Assembly (NCBI GenBank): GCA_005883075.1
Contig: VBAX01000050.1
Span: 3,226 to 64,462, forward strand
Source: Candidatus Bathyarchaeota archaeon
GTDB lineage: Archaea > Thermoproteota > Bathyarchaeia > 40CM-2-53-6
Reading direction: 5' to 3'
DNA length: 61,237 nt
Within the stretch, counting starts at the first letter, position 1; each line of letters starts with the position of its first letter. The notes under the pieces are model-generated. The model was not told the DNA's origin. It worked only from the letters and a program-made list of their open reading frames with translations, and did no database searches. A program made the position numbers and the translations under genes. Positions 19,920 to 29,636 of this stretch are shown here, one piece after another.

Positions 19920-20696
19920 ATGCAATCAGCAATATCTGACGAAGCGAAACGAATATTGGACGAGGCAAAGGGAAGAGGGATCATTCTTAGGCTCTTCGGC
20001 GGAGTTGCCGTAAAGTATCATTGTCCAAGTGCAACTCACAGGTCCCTCCAGAGATCCTATCCTGACTTGGATTTCTTTGGAAGAGGAAAACAAGGTCGAG
20101 AAATCAGGAAACTTTTCTTGGATCTTGGGTATGAGCCTAATCAAAGGTTCAACGCGCTCCATGGCGCTACTAGGTTGATCTTCGAAGACGCAAAGAATCA
20201 GAGGGTCGTAGACATTTTCCTTGATGTTTTTAGAATGTGCCATACTCTTCATCTTGGAGACAGGCTCTCTCTGGATGACTATACTATCCCCATCTCCGAC
20301 TTGCTGCTGACAAAACTACAGGTTGTAGAAATAAATGAGAAGGATATCCGAGACCTAATTGCGATTCTGAAGGACCACGATGTAGTCGATCAAATCGCGC
20401 CCGGAGATAAGGAAGTAATTGATGCTGGCTATGCTTCACACCTGTGTGAGGACGATTGGGGATTGTACAAGACTATCTCGCTGACCTTGGGGAAAGTCCT
20501 ATCCTTCCTTCCAAAATACGAGCTGGAACCTGAAGCTGAACAGAAGCTCGAAAGCCGAATCAACAAGCTTCTTCACGCGATTGAGACGGTTCCGAAGTCG
20601 TTCAAGTGGAAGTTGCGTGACAAGGTTGGGGAGAAGAAGCGTTGGTACGACCTCCCGGAAGTCCCCATACGGACGGAATCGGTTTCTTCAGCGTGA
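19920..20696 (+). CDS. Uncharacterised nucleotidyltransferase-fold protein
   Basis: GGVAV...DLD...VDIF pattern of Pol-beta-superfamily NTases; LLLTKLQ. Confidence 0.75.
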   Translation: MQSAISDEAKRILDEAKGRGIILRLFGGVAVKYHCPSATHRSLQRSYPDLDFFGRGKQGREIRKLFLDLGYEPNQRFNALHGATRLIFEDAKNQRVVDIFLDVFRMCHTLHLGDRLSLDDYTIPISDLLLTKLQVVEINEKDIRDLIAILKDHDVVDQIAPGDKEVIDAGYASHLCEDDWGLYKTISLTLGKVLSFLPKYELEPEAEQKLESRINKLLHAIETVPKSFKWKLRDKVGEKKRWYDLPEVPIRTESVSSA

Positions 20697-20966
20697 CAAT
20701 TGGAGATTGAAGGGTTTACCTTCCTTCAACACTCGCGGAGGGACGTTTTCTTGCCACTTGCTCAGCCAGGATAGTTCGTCTCTCTGCTCCCGTAAATCGT
20801 CGGGGAGGAGCTGGGGTATCTCATCCATAATTGGATACCAGCGGCCACACTCGGAACACACGAGCAGTCCTTCGACGATCTCGTCTTTCTCCTCGAAGAC
20901 GTGCAAGTCGAGGGGGTAGTGCTTGTCGATCGGACAAGCGAGGATATCCATCAACCGTCTCTTCAA
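20688..20966 (-). CDS. Trm112 family methyltransferase activator
   Basis: LMDILACPID, CSECGRWYPI and IPQLL motifs. Confidence 0.9.
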   Translation of the reverse strand: MKRRLMDILACPIDKHYPLDLHVFEEKDEIVEGLLVCSECGRWYPIMDEIPQLLPDDLREQRDELSWLSKWQENVPPRVLKEGKPFNLQLSR

Positions 20967-21083
20967 CGCAATTCCTCAGACTCTGAGGGGCTAGGCTTTC
21001 CCGGATAAGGATAACTATAACTGCGATTCTATTGATTCAGACTCAAGTGTTGCCTCGGTTTTCTGGGCTGACGCATAGCGATT

Positions 21084-22442
21084 CTAGGGTCGTCCTGTTG
21101 CAAGGTATGTAAATCCGGCCTCTTCGCACTCTTTCCTATTTCGCAGGTTTCTTGTATCATATAGGATAGGACGATCCCGCATAAGACCGCTCATTTTCGA
21201 AAGGTCGACACCTCGAAACGCACTGTGCGCCGTTGCTATTATTAGTGCGTCCGCGTCTCGGACGGATTCGGCTTCGGAGCTACTGGATTCGTACACTTTC
21301 CCTCCCACAGTCACACGTGGAACGTAGGGGTCAAAGACTCGAATCTTTGCTCGGGATTGTTTGAGCAGTTTAAGGAGCTCTAGGCTCGGACTTCTTCGAG
21401 TATCTTTGACCTCGCCCTTGTATGCTAAGCCCCAGATGGTCACGGTAGAGTCTGTTATGTTTTTCTTGCCGGTTTTCAGCGCCGTAGCCAACCGTTCAAT
21501 GGTGTGGACGGGCATCGTTTTGTTAACGGCCTTGGACGCGGATACTAAGCGCAGCGCGAATCCAGCCTGTTTTGCTTTGAATACGAGATAGAATGGGTCC
21601 TTTGGAATGCAGTGGCCTCCAACTCCTGGACCTGGATAGTGTGGCATGAATCCAAATGGTTTCGTCGCCGCTGCGTTGATCGCCTCGATAAAGTCGACGC
21701 CCAAGGCCTCATGAAGGACCGCCAGTTCGTTTACTAACGCGATATTCACGTAGCGGAATATGTTTTCAAGCATCTTTGTAGCCTCGGCCACCGAAGGGCT
21801 TCCAACCGTGACCACAGGAGCATCCAATATAGCCTTGTAGAATTCAGCACCTAGTTGAGTCGACTCGTCGTTAATTCCTCCTACAACTTTTGGAATGTTT
21901 CTGACTCCGAACTTTGCATTCCCGTAGTCTATTCGTTCGGGGGAATAGACCAGAGCGAAATCTCTATCAGGTTTCCTTCCGTTTCGTTCCAGTAGAGGTT
22001 GGAAAATGTCTGTCGTAGTCCCAGGAAAACTTGTGCTCTCAACAATGACGAGTTTAAATCCTGAGAAATTCTTCGACAAGTCCCTTGCGACCGACCGGAG
22101 AAACGAAAGGTCCGGCTCGCCCTTCTCGTTAAGAGGAGTTGGCACACATACTATCACGATATCGGAACCATTGGCCCCTTCGGATAGGCTCTCTGTGGCA
22201 CTGATCGATCCAGTCCTTACAAGTTCAGGAAGATGTTTTTCGCTGTAAGCGTCTTCGACATAGCATACGCCCTTATTGATCATGGATACCTTGTCTTTTT
22301 CTAAATCGACACCGATTACACGAAAGCCCGCTTGGGCAGAAGCGACTGCGAGGGGAACACCGACATACCCCAGACCAACAACGCACACTTTCGCCGTCTT
22401 CGATCTGATCTTATCTAACAAGACAGCTGTATTTTCGTTCAA
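21084..22442 (-). CDS. wecC: UDP-N-acetyl-hexosamine 6-dehydrogenase (WecC/WbpA family)
   Basis: GLGYVG, CVPTP, SPER, AEATKMLEN and GGHCIPKD motifs. Confidence 0.92.
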   Translation of the reverse strand: MNENTAVLLDKIRSKTAKVCVVGLGYVGVPLAVASAQAGFRVIGVDLEKDKVSMINKGVCYVEDAYSEKHLPELVRTGSISATESLSEGANGSDIVIVCVPTPLNEKGEPDLSFLRSVARDLSKNFSGFKLVIVESTSFPGTTTDIFQPLLERNGRKPDRDFALVYSPERIDYGNAKFGVRNIPKVVGGINDESTQLGAEFYKAILDAPVVTVGSPSVAEATKMLENIFRYVNIALVNELAVLHEALGVDFIEAINAAATKPFGFMPHYPGPGVGGHCIPKDPFYLVFKAKQAGFALRLVSASKAVNKTMPVHTIERLATALKTGKKNITDSTVTIWGLAYKGEVKDTRRSPSLELLKLLKQSRAKIRVFDPYVPRVTVGGKVYESSSSEAESVRDADALIIATAHSAFRGVDLSKMSGLMRDRPILYDTRNLRNRKECEEAGFTYLATGRP

Positions 22443-23521
22443 CGTATCCTCTGCTTCCCTGCTAGGTTTATCGTGCTAAGAATCTTGGCGACTGGGTCTT
22501 CCATCTTCGCGAGAAGTTGTTTTCCCCTCATTGACTGACCTTCAAACGCTTCCGGCTCGGTTAGCATTCTACGAACCCTGGTCGAGATTTCCCTGGGCGA
22601 CCTAATTGTTTCAACCAGACCGAGCCGCTCTAGATACTGAATGTAAAGCGGCTTAGGCCCCGGAAAGCACGAAATTGAAGGGATGCCCAGGAGGGCAGCC
22701 TCCACGGTCATGGTGCCCCCTGATCCAACAAAGGCCGACGAATACGAAAGCAGGCTAGTCGCATCAACTATCCTGTCAACTACCGTAACCTTTTCACCAA
22801 AGCGCTTCCTAATCACGGGAGCTTGCATTCCATACCGTGTAGAGACGACCACTTGGCAGTCTAATCCCCGCCTCAACAGCCAATCAATGATCGGTCCCAC
22901 CACAGGTTCCTTGTCGCTGGCTTTTCCCATGAGATACGAGGCAAAGGCTTCCTCCGTTCGGAGAACAACAATCGGTTGATCCTTCTTCAATTTCAATTGA
23001 CTTAGAACGTTGTGGTTCGGACGATGACGTTTGAGCCAAGCCGCAGGGTCCAGAGCTCTGTAGAGAATGACCCTCCGTAGGGGTCCGCCGAACTCTCTCC
23101 AAACGGATCGACCGATGATCCACGGACAGCATAGGAAAGTTGTCAGAGGTATCGTCAACCTGGCTACCATCCAAGAGTGAGGCGAGTCATTCGCAGCAAC
23201 GTGTGGTATTCCGAGGCCGAATGCGACCCGAGATGCCTCGACTGATGAGAAGGAGACAGCCACGTTAGGCTTCCAATTCTGAATTAGGTTCGCGAGTTTT
23301 GTAATTCTCTCGGCGCTCGCGGTGAGTTTTCCGAAAGCCGTTCCTCCGCCATGGCTTCCCACCACCGAAAATCGCAGTTTCTTTAACTTGAGAGTTTGTT
23401 CGGCTTCGCGGTAGACACGGGTTGTAATCAACGCCTCATATCCTTCCCGCTTCAGTGCGTGGTACAAAGGCTCGAAGAAGAGCGCCTGTTTCGGCGTTAG
23501 AACTTCAATCCAGACTTTCAT
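22439..23521 (-). CDS. DUF354 GT-B-fold protein
   Basis: WIEVLTPKQ, NDSPH and GGTMTVEAALLGIP motifs. Confidence 0.8.
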   Translation of the reverse strand: MKVWIEVLTPKQALFFEPLYHALKREGYEALITTRVYREAEQTLKLKKLRFSVVGSHGGGTAFGKLTASAERITKLANLIQNWKPNVAVSFSSVEASRVAFGLGIPHVAANDSPHSWMVARLTIPLTTFLCCPWIIGRSVWREFGGPLRRVILYRALDPAAWLKRHRPNHNVLSQLKLKKDQPIVVLRTEEAFASYLMGKASDKEPVVGPIIDWLLRRGLDCQVVVSTRYGMQAPVIRKRFGEKVTVVDRIVDATSLLSYSSAFVGSGGTMTVEAALLGIPSISCFPGPKPLYIQYLERLGLVETIRSPREISTRVRRMLTEPEAFEGQSMRGKQLLAKMEDPVAKILSTINLAGKQRIR

Positions 23522-23824
23522 AGTCTATTTTCCGGGCAACACTCGAGGGCAAACGACAAGTAGATAAAAGATGCAAATATTCTGACCCTCGAATCATTTC
23601 TGTGAGGAAGACTAGTGTCATTCATGTTAACTGGCTATTGACGCCATCTCGTAATGACGGCAACTTCTCCTTGTGGACCTCCCGATATTGTAATGGATTC
23701 GTATCAATTGGTTAACCCGCCATTGCAACTATCTGGAGTTTCCGCATGATTATGGTGGTTTCGAACGAGCAATCAATTTTCCGAATCCAAGATTGCTATC
23801 GTAGGCAACGACCCGGAAGCACTC

Positions 23825-25081
23825 TTGCTTTCAACCTTGTTTGCCGAGGCAGGCCGTCCAAACTACCTCGTAGGGCGTTTCGATGAAGCCAAGACGAAAA
23901 GAACGGATACCGGCGGGCTAGGCGAAGCGAGATGGTTGCTAGGGGTTCACCGGAAAACAGGAACTACCACTCTCCTGTCGGGCGTAGAAGCGCTCTCTGC
24001 GAATCCACCCTCGATTATTGTCTTGACCGGGCATGCCGTGAGTCAAAGGGAGATTAGTGAGCTCGAAATAACTACTCGCGCCATTTGCAAGTTTATCTCT
24101 CGTGGGACAAGCCTCACTTTTACCGGGTTATGCCGACCAAACTTCACCGATACAACCCTTCGACAAACCATCGAGAAGCACAGCGGCCACACTGTTGGCA
24201 GGGATGTCCAGCTAAGCTACGTGCCCTTGTTTTGGAGCGGGGAGACCCTTCAAAAATTTAGGGAGAAACCGAAACTCATCGCAGGAATAGGGACAGGTGC
24301 ACTCTCGTTGGCTCAGGAGATTTTTCTTGCTGCATTCCCCTCCATCAGTACGAGTTCAAAACTCAGCGCCGCTGAGGCGGCCGGCCTCTTCGGGCCAGTC
24401 TATAGAGATGTGTTGCGAGCCTTAGAGTTCGAACTAGCAACCCTCTGCGAGGCTGATGGTGTGGACTATTCTGAGGCTCTCGATCTCAACAGGCAATCTG
24501 GAACTGACAACCTGGGGATCCCCAACACATTCGTGGTTAGAGACGCAATTGCGAGCAACATCGCGATTGGCAGCTCGGCTAGCCGAGGAAACCCGAGCGT
24601 GGTTCGGGCAGCTCGTCGAATCAACGAGGCGGGTGAGCAAAAGGTTCTGGAATTGGTGAAGAGTGCATTGTCTCTTTGCGGAAAACGCTTTCGGCATTCT
24701 AGAATTGCAATCTTGGGTTTCAGTGGGCTGGAGTCACCCCGGGATTCGAAACCTAGTCCGCCACAAATTATTCGGACGCTTGAAAGGAGAGGGGCAATAC
24801 TTTCAGTGTACCCTGGGAGAGACAATCGATGGTTCGAAGCTGGCGTCCTAGGCGATGGGGTTAGAGTTGAGAACTCGCCGTTGAGAGCTGCATCGAGGAC
24901 GAGCTGTGCTCTAGTCGCATTAGACAGGTCGGACTTTGCGGAGATAAGTCCGCAAAAGTTGGCTTCGGAGATGAGCCGACCAGGGGCAGTATGCGATCTG
25001 TCAAGGGTTCTGGAAGCTTCAAATGTGGAGAGAGCGGGCCTCTTCTATACTTCTATTGGAAGAGGCAGTTCGAGGACTTGA
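23825..25081 (+). CDS. Degenerate nucleotide-sugar dehydrogenase paralog lacking catalytic residues; homology extends upstream to about 23786
   Basis: Collinear with WecC (KPKLIAG, SAAEAA, GVDYSEA, RAARRINE, IAILGF, CDL) but lacks GxGxxG, the catalytic Lys and the catalytic Cys. Confidence 0.75.
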   Translation: MLSTLFAEAGRPNYLVGRFDEAKTKRTDTGGLGEARWLLGVHRKTGTTTLLSGVEALSANPPSIIVLTGHAVSQREISELEITTRAICKFISRGTSLTFTGLCRPNFTDTTLRQTIEKHSGHTVGRDVQLSYVPLFWSGETLQKFREKPKLIAGIGTGALSLAQEIFLAAFPSISTSSKLSAAEAAGLFGPVYRDVLRALEFELATLCEADGVDYSEALDLNRQSGTDNLGIPNTFVVRDAIASNIAIGSSASRGNPSVVRAARRINEAGEQKVLELVKSALSLCGKRFRHSRIAILGFSGLESPRDSKPSPPQIIRTLERRGAILSVYPGRDNRWFEAGVLGDGVRVENSPLRAASRTSCALVALDRSDFAEISPQKLASEMSRPGAVCDLSRVLEASNVERAGLFYTSIGRGSSRT

Positions 25082-26019
25082 AACGTGTCGGCGCCGGCGT
25101 CATAGGAACCGGATTCTGGGGCGAGAATCAAGTACGAGTCCTCCGCCAAAATCCCAAATGCAATCTTATCGGAATCTGCGACTCTAATCACGAGCGAGCA
25201 AAACAGGTCGGGTCGAAATATTCGGTTCCGTGGTATACTGACACCCATGAGTTTCTTCGCATTCCCGAAATAGAAGCCGTGACGGTCGCAACACCTACCC
25301 AGACACACTTCCAAGTCGGGACTAGGATTCTAGAAGCTGGAAAGCACCTTTTGGTGGAAAAACCAATGACTGGGAATCAGGAACAAGCTCGCAAACTCGT
25401 CGCCACCAGCTCAAAAGCAGGTTTGAAGCTTATGGTCGGATTTATTGAACGGTTCAACCCAGGGGTTCGATTTGTCAAAAAGCTACTGACTCAAAAAGCC
25501 GCAGGCCAGGTCATTATCGCTACCGGGCGTCGCGTCGCGCGTTGGCCGATCAGGATAGGAGACGTCGGAGTGATCAAGGACACGGCGATACACGATATTG
25601 ATATCATGCGGTTTCTCTTAGAGGACAATGTCTCGGTAGTCTATGCCCAGACCGGTTCCTTGAAGCACTCCTTTGAGGACTATGCCGAGATCATGTTGCG
25701 TTTCAGTCGCGGCGTTACTGGTTTCTTGGATGCAAATTGGTTGACTCCTCGCAAAGTTCGCACATTGATAATTACTGGGAGTGAGGCAACAATCAACCTA
25801 GATTACATAACTCAAGAGATTACAGTTGAAAATTCGAAAATGATGACAAAACCGTACATTCGATACGATGAACCGCTACGATTAGAACTTGAATACTTCA
25901 TGAAGGTCGTGAGTGACGACGTGGACCCTATACCTTCCGGGAAGGACGCGATAGAAGCTATTCGCGTGTGTGACACGGCCTTGAAATCCGGCAAGACCAG
26001 AACCGCCTGTAAGAACTAA
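25078..26019 (+). CDS. Gfo/Idh/MocA oxidoreductase (WbpB/WlbA-like)
   Basis: IGTGFWG, LVEKPM, GFIERFNP and DTAIHDID motifs; TTG start overlaps the upstream stop. Confidence 0.9.
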   Translation: MKRVGAGVIGTGFWGENQVRVLRQNPKCNLIGICDSNHERAKQVGSKYSVPWYTDTHEFLRIPEIEAVTVATPTQTHFQVGTRILEAGKHLLVEKPMTGNQEQARKLVATSSKAGLKLMVGFIERFNPGVRFVKKLLTQKAAGQVIIATGRRVARWPIRIGDVGVIKDTAIHDIDIMRFLLEDNVSVVYAQTGSLKHSFEDYAEIMLRFSRGVTGFLDANWLTPRKVRTLIITGSEATINLDYITQEITVENSKMMTKPYIRYDEPLRLELEYFMKVVSDDVDPIPSGKDAIEAIRVCDTALKSGKTRTACKN

Positions 26020-26044
26020 TGATCAGTCCGCAGAGGCAAGCCGC

Positions 26045-26977
26045 TTAGCCATTTGACGTCATCGTCTTTGACGATTCCTCTAGTCCCAATACTAGTTTTG
26101 TCAATATCCCATTTACAGGGGTCTTGACCCCTGTCTTCTTTCCGTGGGAGAGAATGGCGCCGTTTAGTTGTCTAATCTCAGTCATCCTGCCTCGTTCTAT
26201 GTCTTGGAGCATCGAAGACTTGTTGGCTGTAGTTGACAACAAGATCTTCCGCCATAGTTTTCTCGGATCTCCAACAAGTCTGATGCCTATCGCGTGGCTA
26301 ACCGCTATCCCCTCGTTCATCGCGCTATGGGCGATCTCTCCTATCCCCCGGTTCTTGGCTAGTGCTCCATTGGGGAGTCTGGTCAAACTTGAAAGCGGGT
26401 TTATTGCCGCGTTGACTATGGCCTTTGCCCACAGAACTCCATGGATGTTGGAACTAGTTTTCGCCTTCAGTCCTGCTGTATCGAACGCTATCTTGATGCG
26501 AGAGCATGTGTCCGAGTTTGCGCCTCGTGCGCCCCCAATGAGTGTCACTCCCCTTCCCGTATGCACCACGTAGCCTGGGCCCAATGACAAGGCCCCTTCG
26601 GTGGTCGATGCCGCAAGGATCTCGTTCCTGAACGCAGATTGCAAGGTCTCAACATTGCTTAGACCGTTTTGAAGACTCATGACTGTCGTCTCGGGAAGTA
26701 TCCTCCCACGATAACTTGTTGCCAAAGCTCTGGTATCGTAGGCTTTCACTGCAACAATGAGAACCTCTGTTCCAGGTAGCCTTGTCGGACCCATTTGAAC
26801 GGGCACACTAACCTTAGTGAGTGTTCCGTCGAGGTCTTGGAGCTTAATCCCATTCTTCTTGATCTCCTGAATGACAATAGGGTCCCGATGTACAAGGGTG
26901 ACGTCGTGGCCTGCTATTCTCAATCTTGCGCCGAATAGACAACCAATGGCCCCTGCACCTACAATGCTGAAGCGCAA
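26045..26977 (-). CDS. panE: 2-dehydropantoate 2-reductase
   Basis: GAGAIG, VKAYD, LQNG, KAIVNAAINP and SSMLQD..TEI motifs; start refined to TTG 26977. Confidence 0.93.
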   Translation of the reverse strand: MRFSIVGAGAIGCLFGARLRIAGHDVTLVHRDPIVIQEIKKNGIKLQDLDGTLTKVSVPVQMGPTRLPGTEVLIVAVKAYDTRALATSYRGRILPETTVMSLQNGLSNVETLQSAFRNEILAASTTEGALSLGPGYVVHTGRGVTLIGGARGANSDTCSRIKIAFDTAGLKAKTSSNIHGVLWAKAIVNAAINPLSSLTRLPNGALAKNRGIGEIAHSAMNEGIAVSHAIGIRLVGDPRKLWRKILLSTTANKSSMLQDIERGRMTEIRQLNGAILSHGKKTGVKTPVNGILTKLVLGLEESSKTMTSNG

Positions 26978-26981
26978 GTTT

Positions 26982-27863
26982 TCAGGACTTCTGGTGTAAA
27001 TCGAGCTTGTTTCGTTCTGCGTCGTCGATTTTGAAGACGTGCTTCTCTTCCGGAAATGTGCCTCGACGGACCTCTGATGCGTATTCTCCAAGAGCTTTCC
27101 CTATCCTTGCCGCTAGGTCTGCGTATCTCTTTGCGAATTTTGGCACAAACCGAGGATAGAGCCCGAGAATGTCGTGTAAGACTAGGACTTGACCATCACA
27201 GTATCTCCCCGAACCAATACCAATGGTTGGGACGGAGACGGTTTGCGTGATGACCTTTGCCACTTCTTCTGTTATCATCTCAAGAACAATCCCGAACACT
27301 CCCGCGTCCTCTAGTAACTTAGCATCCTCAACGAGCCTCTTGCCGGAGTGAGCGTTCTTGCCCTGAATTCTATACCCTCCGTGGAGTGTTGCGGTCTGCG
27401 GCGTTAGCCCAATGTGTCCGAGGACTGGTATGCCCGCATTCGAAACGGCCTTTGCCATATGTGCCATTTCCCTTCCTCCCTCGATTTTGACAGCCTCCAT
27501 TCTTCCTTCTTTGATGAAGCGTCCTGCGTTTCTTATGGCATCCTCTTCGGAGATCTGGAAGCTTAGGAACGGCATGTCACCGATCAACAGTGAATGGCTC
27601 GCTCCTCTTTTGACCGCTTGGCAAACGGGAAGAAGCTCTTCTACTGTTACAGGAATTGTTGTGTCGTAACCCAGAACCACCATTCCGTAGGAGTCCCCGA
27701 CGAGGATCGAGTCGACTCCGACGTCATCCGCGATAGTCGAAGTGGGGTAGTCATATGATGTTACCATCACTATTCGCTGACCCTGAGCCTTCATTTTCGA
27801 AAAGTCAGCAACCGTTACCTTCTTTCTTTCTTTGTTAGAATTCTCACTCAAGTCTAGGCCCAT
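26982..27863 (-). CDS. panB: 3-methyl-2-oxobutanoate hydroxymethyltransferase
   Basis: LVGDS, DMPF, AVKIEGG, GHIGLTPQ and GQVLVLHD motifs. Confidence 0.97.
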   Translation of the reverse strand: MGLDLSENSNKERKKVTVADFSKMKAQGQRIVMVTSYDYPTSTIADDVGVDSILVGDSYGMVVLGYDTTIPVTVEELLPVCQAVKRGASHSLLIGDMPFLSFQISEEDAIRNAGRFIKEGRMEAVKIEGGREMAHMAKAVSNAGIPVLGHIGLTPQTATLHGGYRIQGKNAHSGKRLVEDAKLLEDAGVFGIVLEMITEEVAKVITQTVSVPTIGIGSGRYCDGQVLVLHDILGLYPRFVPKFAKRYADLAARIGKALGEYASEVRRGTFPEEKHVFKIDDAERNKLDLHQKS

Positions 27864-28606
27864 CCTTGCATGTAGTGAATCATGTCTTTCATCGCTCTCG
27901 CAAGATTCTTCTCATTGTCAAAGCTCGAAGCTATGGCGCCTAATCGAGACCTCGAAAGAGGTTTCATTCTCTCAGTGATTCGGAGCAGTTCCGGAATAGC
28001 TCTGATGATGTTGTCAACAATAGTGACAGTGGCGGCCAGGGAGGTCCGTGACATTGGATTGAGGTCTATCGCAATCACTGCCTTTCCTGCCTTTCTAAGT
28101 GCTTCCGCCCGGTCACCATCTTCAAGCGGGATCAATACAACGTCAGCGTTACCGATTCCCTGAGCATCGACGCTACGCCTTGGGCTGGCTACTCCTCGGA
28201 TCCTAACCTTAGTCTTTGAGTCCACTCCAAGTACTCGATCTGCTCCGTTGCGCTTGAGCAAAGAAGCAATTCTTCTCTCTCGCGCGAGACTTCTGTGAAA
28301 CAGATTTACTTCAAGTTCAGCCGGAACCGAATGTGCAAGTTTCACGACGTCTCGGGCTACTAAAGCGGCAGTGTTCCCGTTGATGGATATAACTGGGCTT
28401 TTTGCTCCCAATAGGAGAGCGCTGGCAGCCTTGGTCGCGAGTCGAGAGGATTTCGGTGTGACCTCACCGAGCATGTAATCGAATGCCTCTCCACGACCCT
28501 GGGCAATCAAGCCCTGAGAAGCTACGATTCCGCTTTGAAATCCTTGGACCAGTCGTTCTCTGATCTCGAGGGATCTAAAGCGTGGATGGTTAGGTGATAT
28601 TTTCAA
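27854..28606 (-). CDS. pps: 4-phosphopantoate--beta-alanine ligase (phosphopantothenate synthetase)
   Basis: HPRFRSL, AQGRGEAFDY, VPLEDGDR-like PLEDGDR and DLNPMSRT motifs. Confidence 0.94.
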   Translation of the reverse strand: MKISPNHPRFRSLEIRERLVQGFQSGIVASQGLIAQGRGEAFDYMLGEVTPKSSRLATKAASALLLGAKSPVISINGNTAALVARDVVKLAHSVPAELEVNLFHRSLARERRIASLLKRNGADRVLGVDSKTKVRIRGVASPRRSVDAQGIGNADVVLIPLEDGDRAEALRKAGKAVIAIDLNPMSRTSLAATVTIVDNIIRAIPELLRITERMKPLSRSRLGAIASSFDNEKNLARAMKDMIHYMQGWA

Positions 28607-29514
28607 ATCACTGCGGCTCCGTTTCTAGAGATCTTGCTAACTACCGGAATGAGACCAGCCGATCTGATGGTCGCCTTCGCTTTAGGGACGAGATCTCCGC
28701 CAACCACCGTGAAGAGTGATTCTCCAATCATCATCATACTGGACACTATCTGTCCCCTTTGCATGCTTGCTATCGCTTCCCGCAGTCGCGGGGAGAATAT
28801 TCCTAGGCAATCTGCGAACCTCCGCGATAATCTGATGAAAGTATTGGTCTCAGGACTCTTAGTTTGAAGGGAGACCAATCCTCGTCCGCATAGGTTGATT
28901 CGTGTCCTCAAACCATTGTCAGTTAGAACGCCCGCAGTTGATATCGGCCCGAACGCGCCTGAAACAACTCTAAGTGAGGACGGGGGGATGATTTTCTCGA
29001 CTTTTGCGATCCCGGGAGCTCCGGCACTCTTTCGTATCACCATTCCTCCATAGAATGCAGAAGTAACGGTTCCCAGGCCAGTCATGTGCTTCAGTTCCGC
29101 TTTGTGCGCGATCTGTGCGGCCTCAATGTTGCTAAGGTGGGAACCCAGGGCCTCGTTAACCGCCAGAGACAAGCTTAGCGCTCCCGCACCGCTGGTTCCG
29201 TAGCCGCAACCCATTGGAAGGATGCCCCTGTGAGAGATGTTTACTCTCAATGTTTTTGATGATCTTTCTAGATGTTCTTGAACAACGGTTCTAGATACGA
29301 CTGGGTCGGCGAGTGGCTTGCCGTTAAATGAGATAGCAAGTTTCGTTCGCGACGCTCCGCTTATCCTTACTGAGGTCGTCACTCCTTGTTGAAGGTTCAC
29401 TCCAGCCCCGGTCGATCCGATCTTCAAAGGGTCTTTTGCAGCATCATGTATGCTAAAGAAACCAGTAATCTGACAGGGCGAAAATGACAATCCGGTCTTG
29501 AGCGTAAGGATCAC
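28603..29514 (-). CDS. pok: Pantoate kinase (GHMP family)
   Basis: PCQITGFF, GSTGAG, PMGCGYGTSGA and TGLGTV motifs. Confidence 0.92.
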   Translation of the reverse strand: MILTLKTGLSFSPCQITGFFSIHDAAKDPLKIGSTGAGVNLQQGVTTSVRISGASRTKLAISFNGKPLADPVVSRTVVQEHLERSSKTLRVNISHRGILPMGCGYGTSGAGALSLSLAVNEALGSHLSNIEAAQIAHKAELKHMTGLGTVTSAFYGGMVIRKSAGAPGIAKVEKIIPPSSLRVVSGAFGPISTAGVLTDNGLRTRINLCGRGLVSLQTKSPETNTFIRLSRRFADCLGIFSPRLREAIASMQRGQIVSSMMMIGESLFTVVGGDLVPKAKATIRSAGLIPVVSKISRNGAAVI

Positions 29515-29636
29515 TCTTCGAGACCGCTGGATCTCTCCCTCTCGGACATCGGTAATTCCAAACTATTCTGTGTCCGGCTCTAAAGACAATATAGGGGACT
29601 AACGAACGGAAAATTCACGGGTTGCTTAGGATACAC

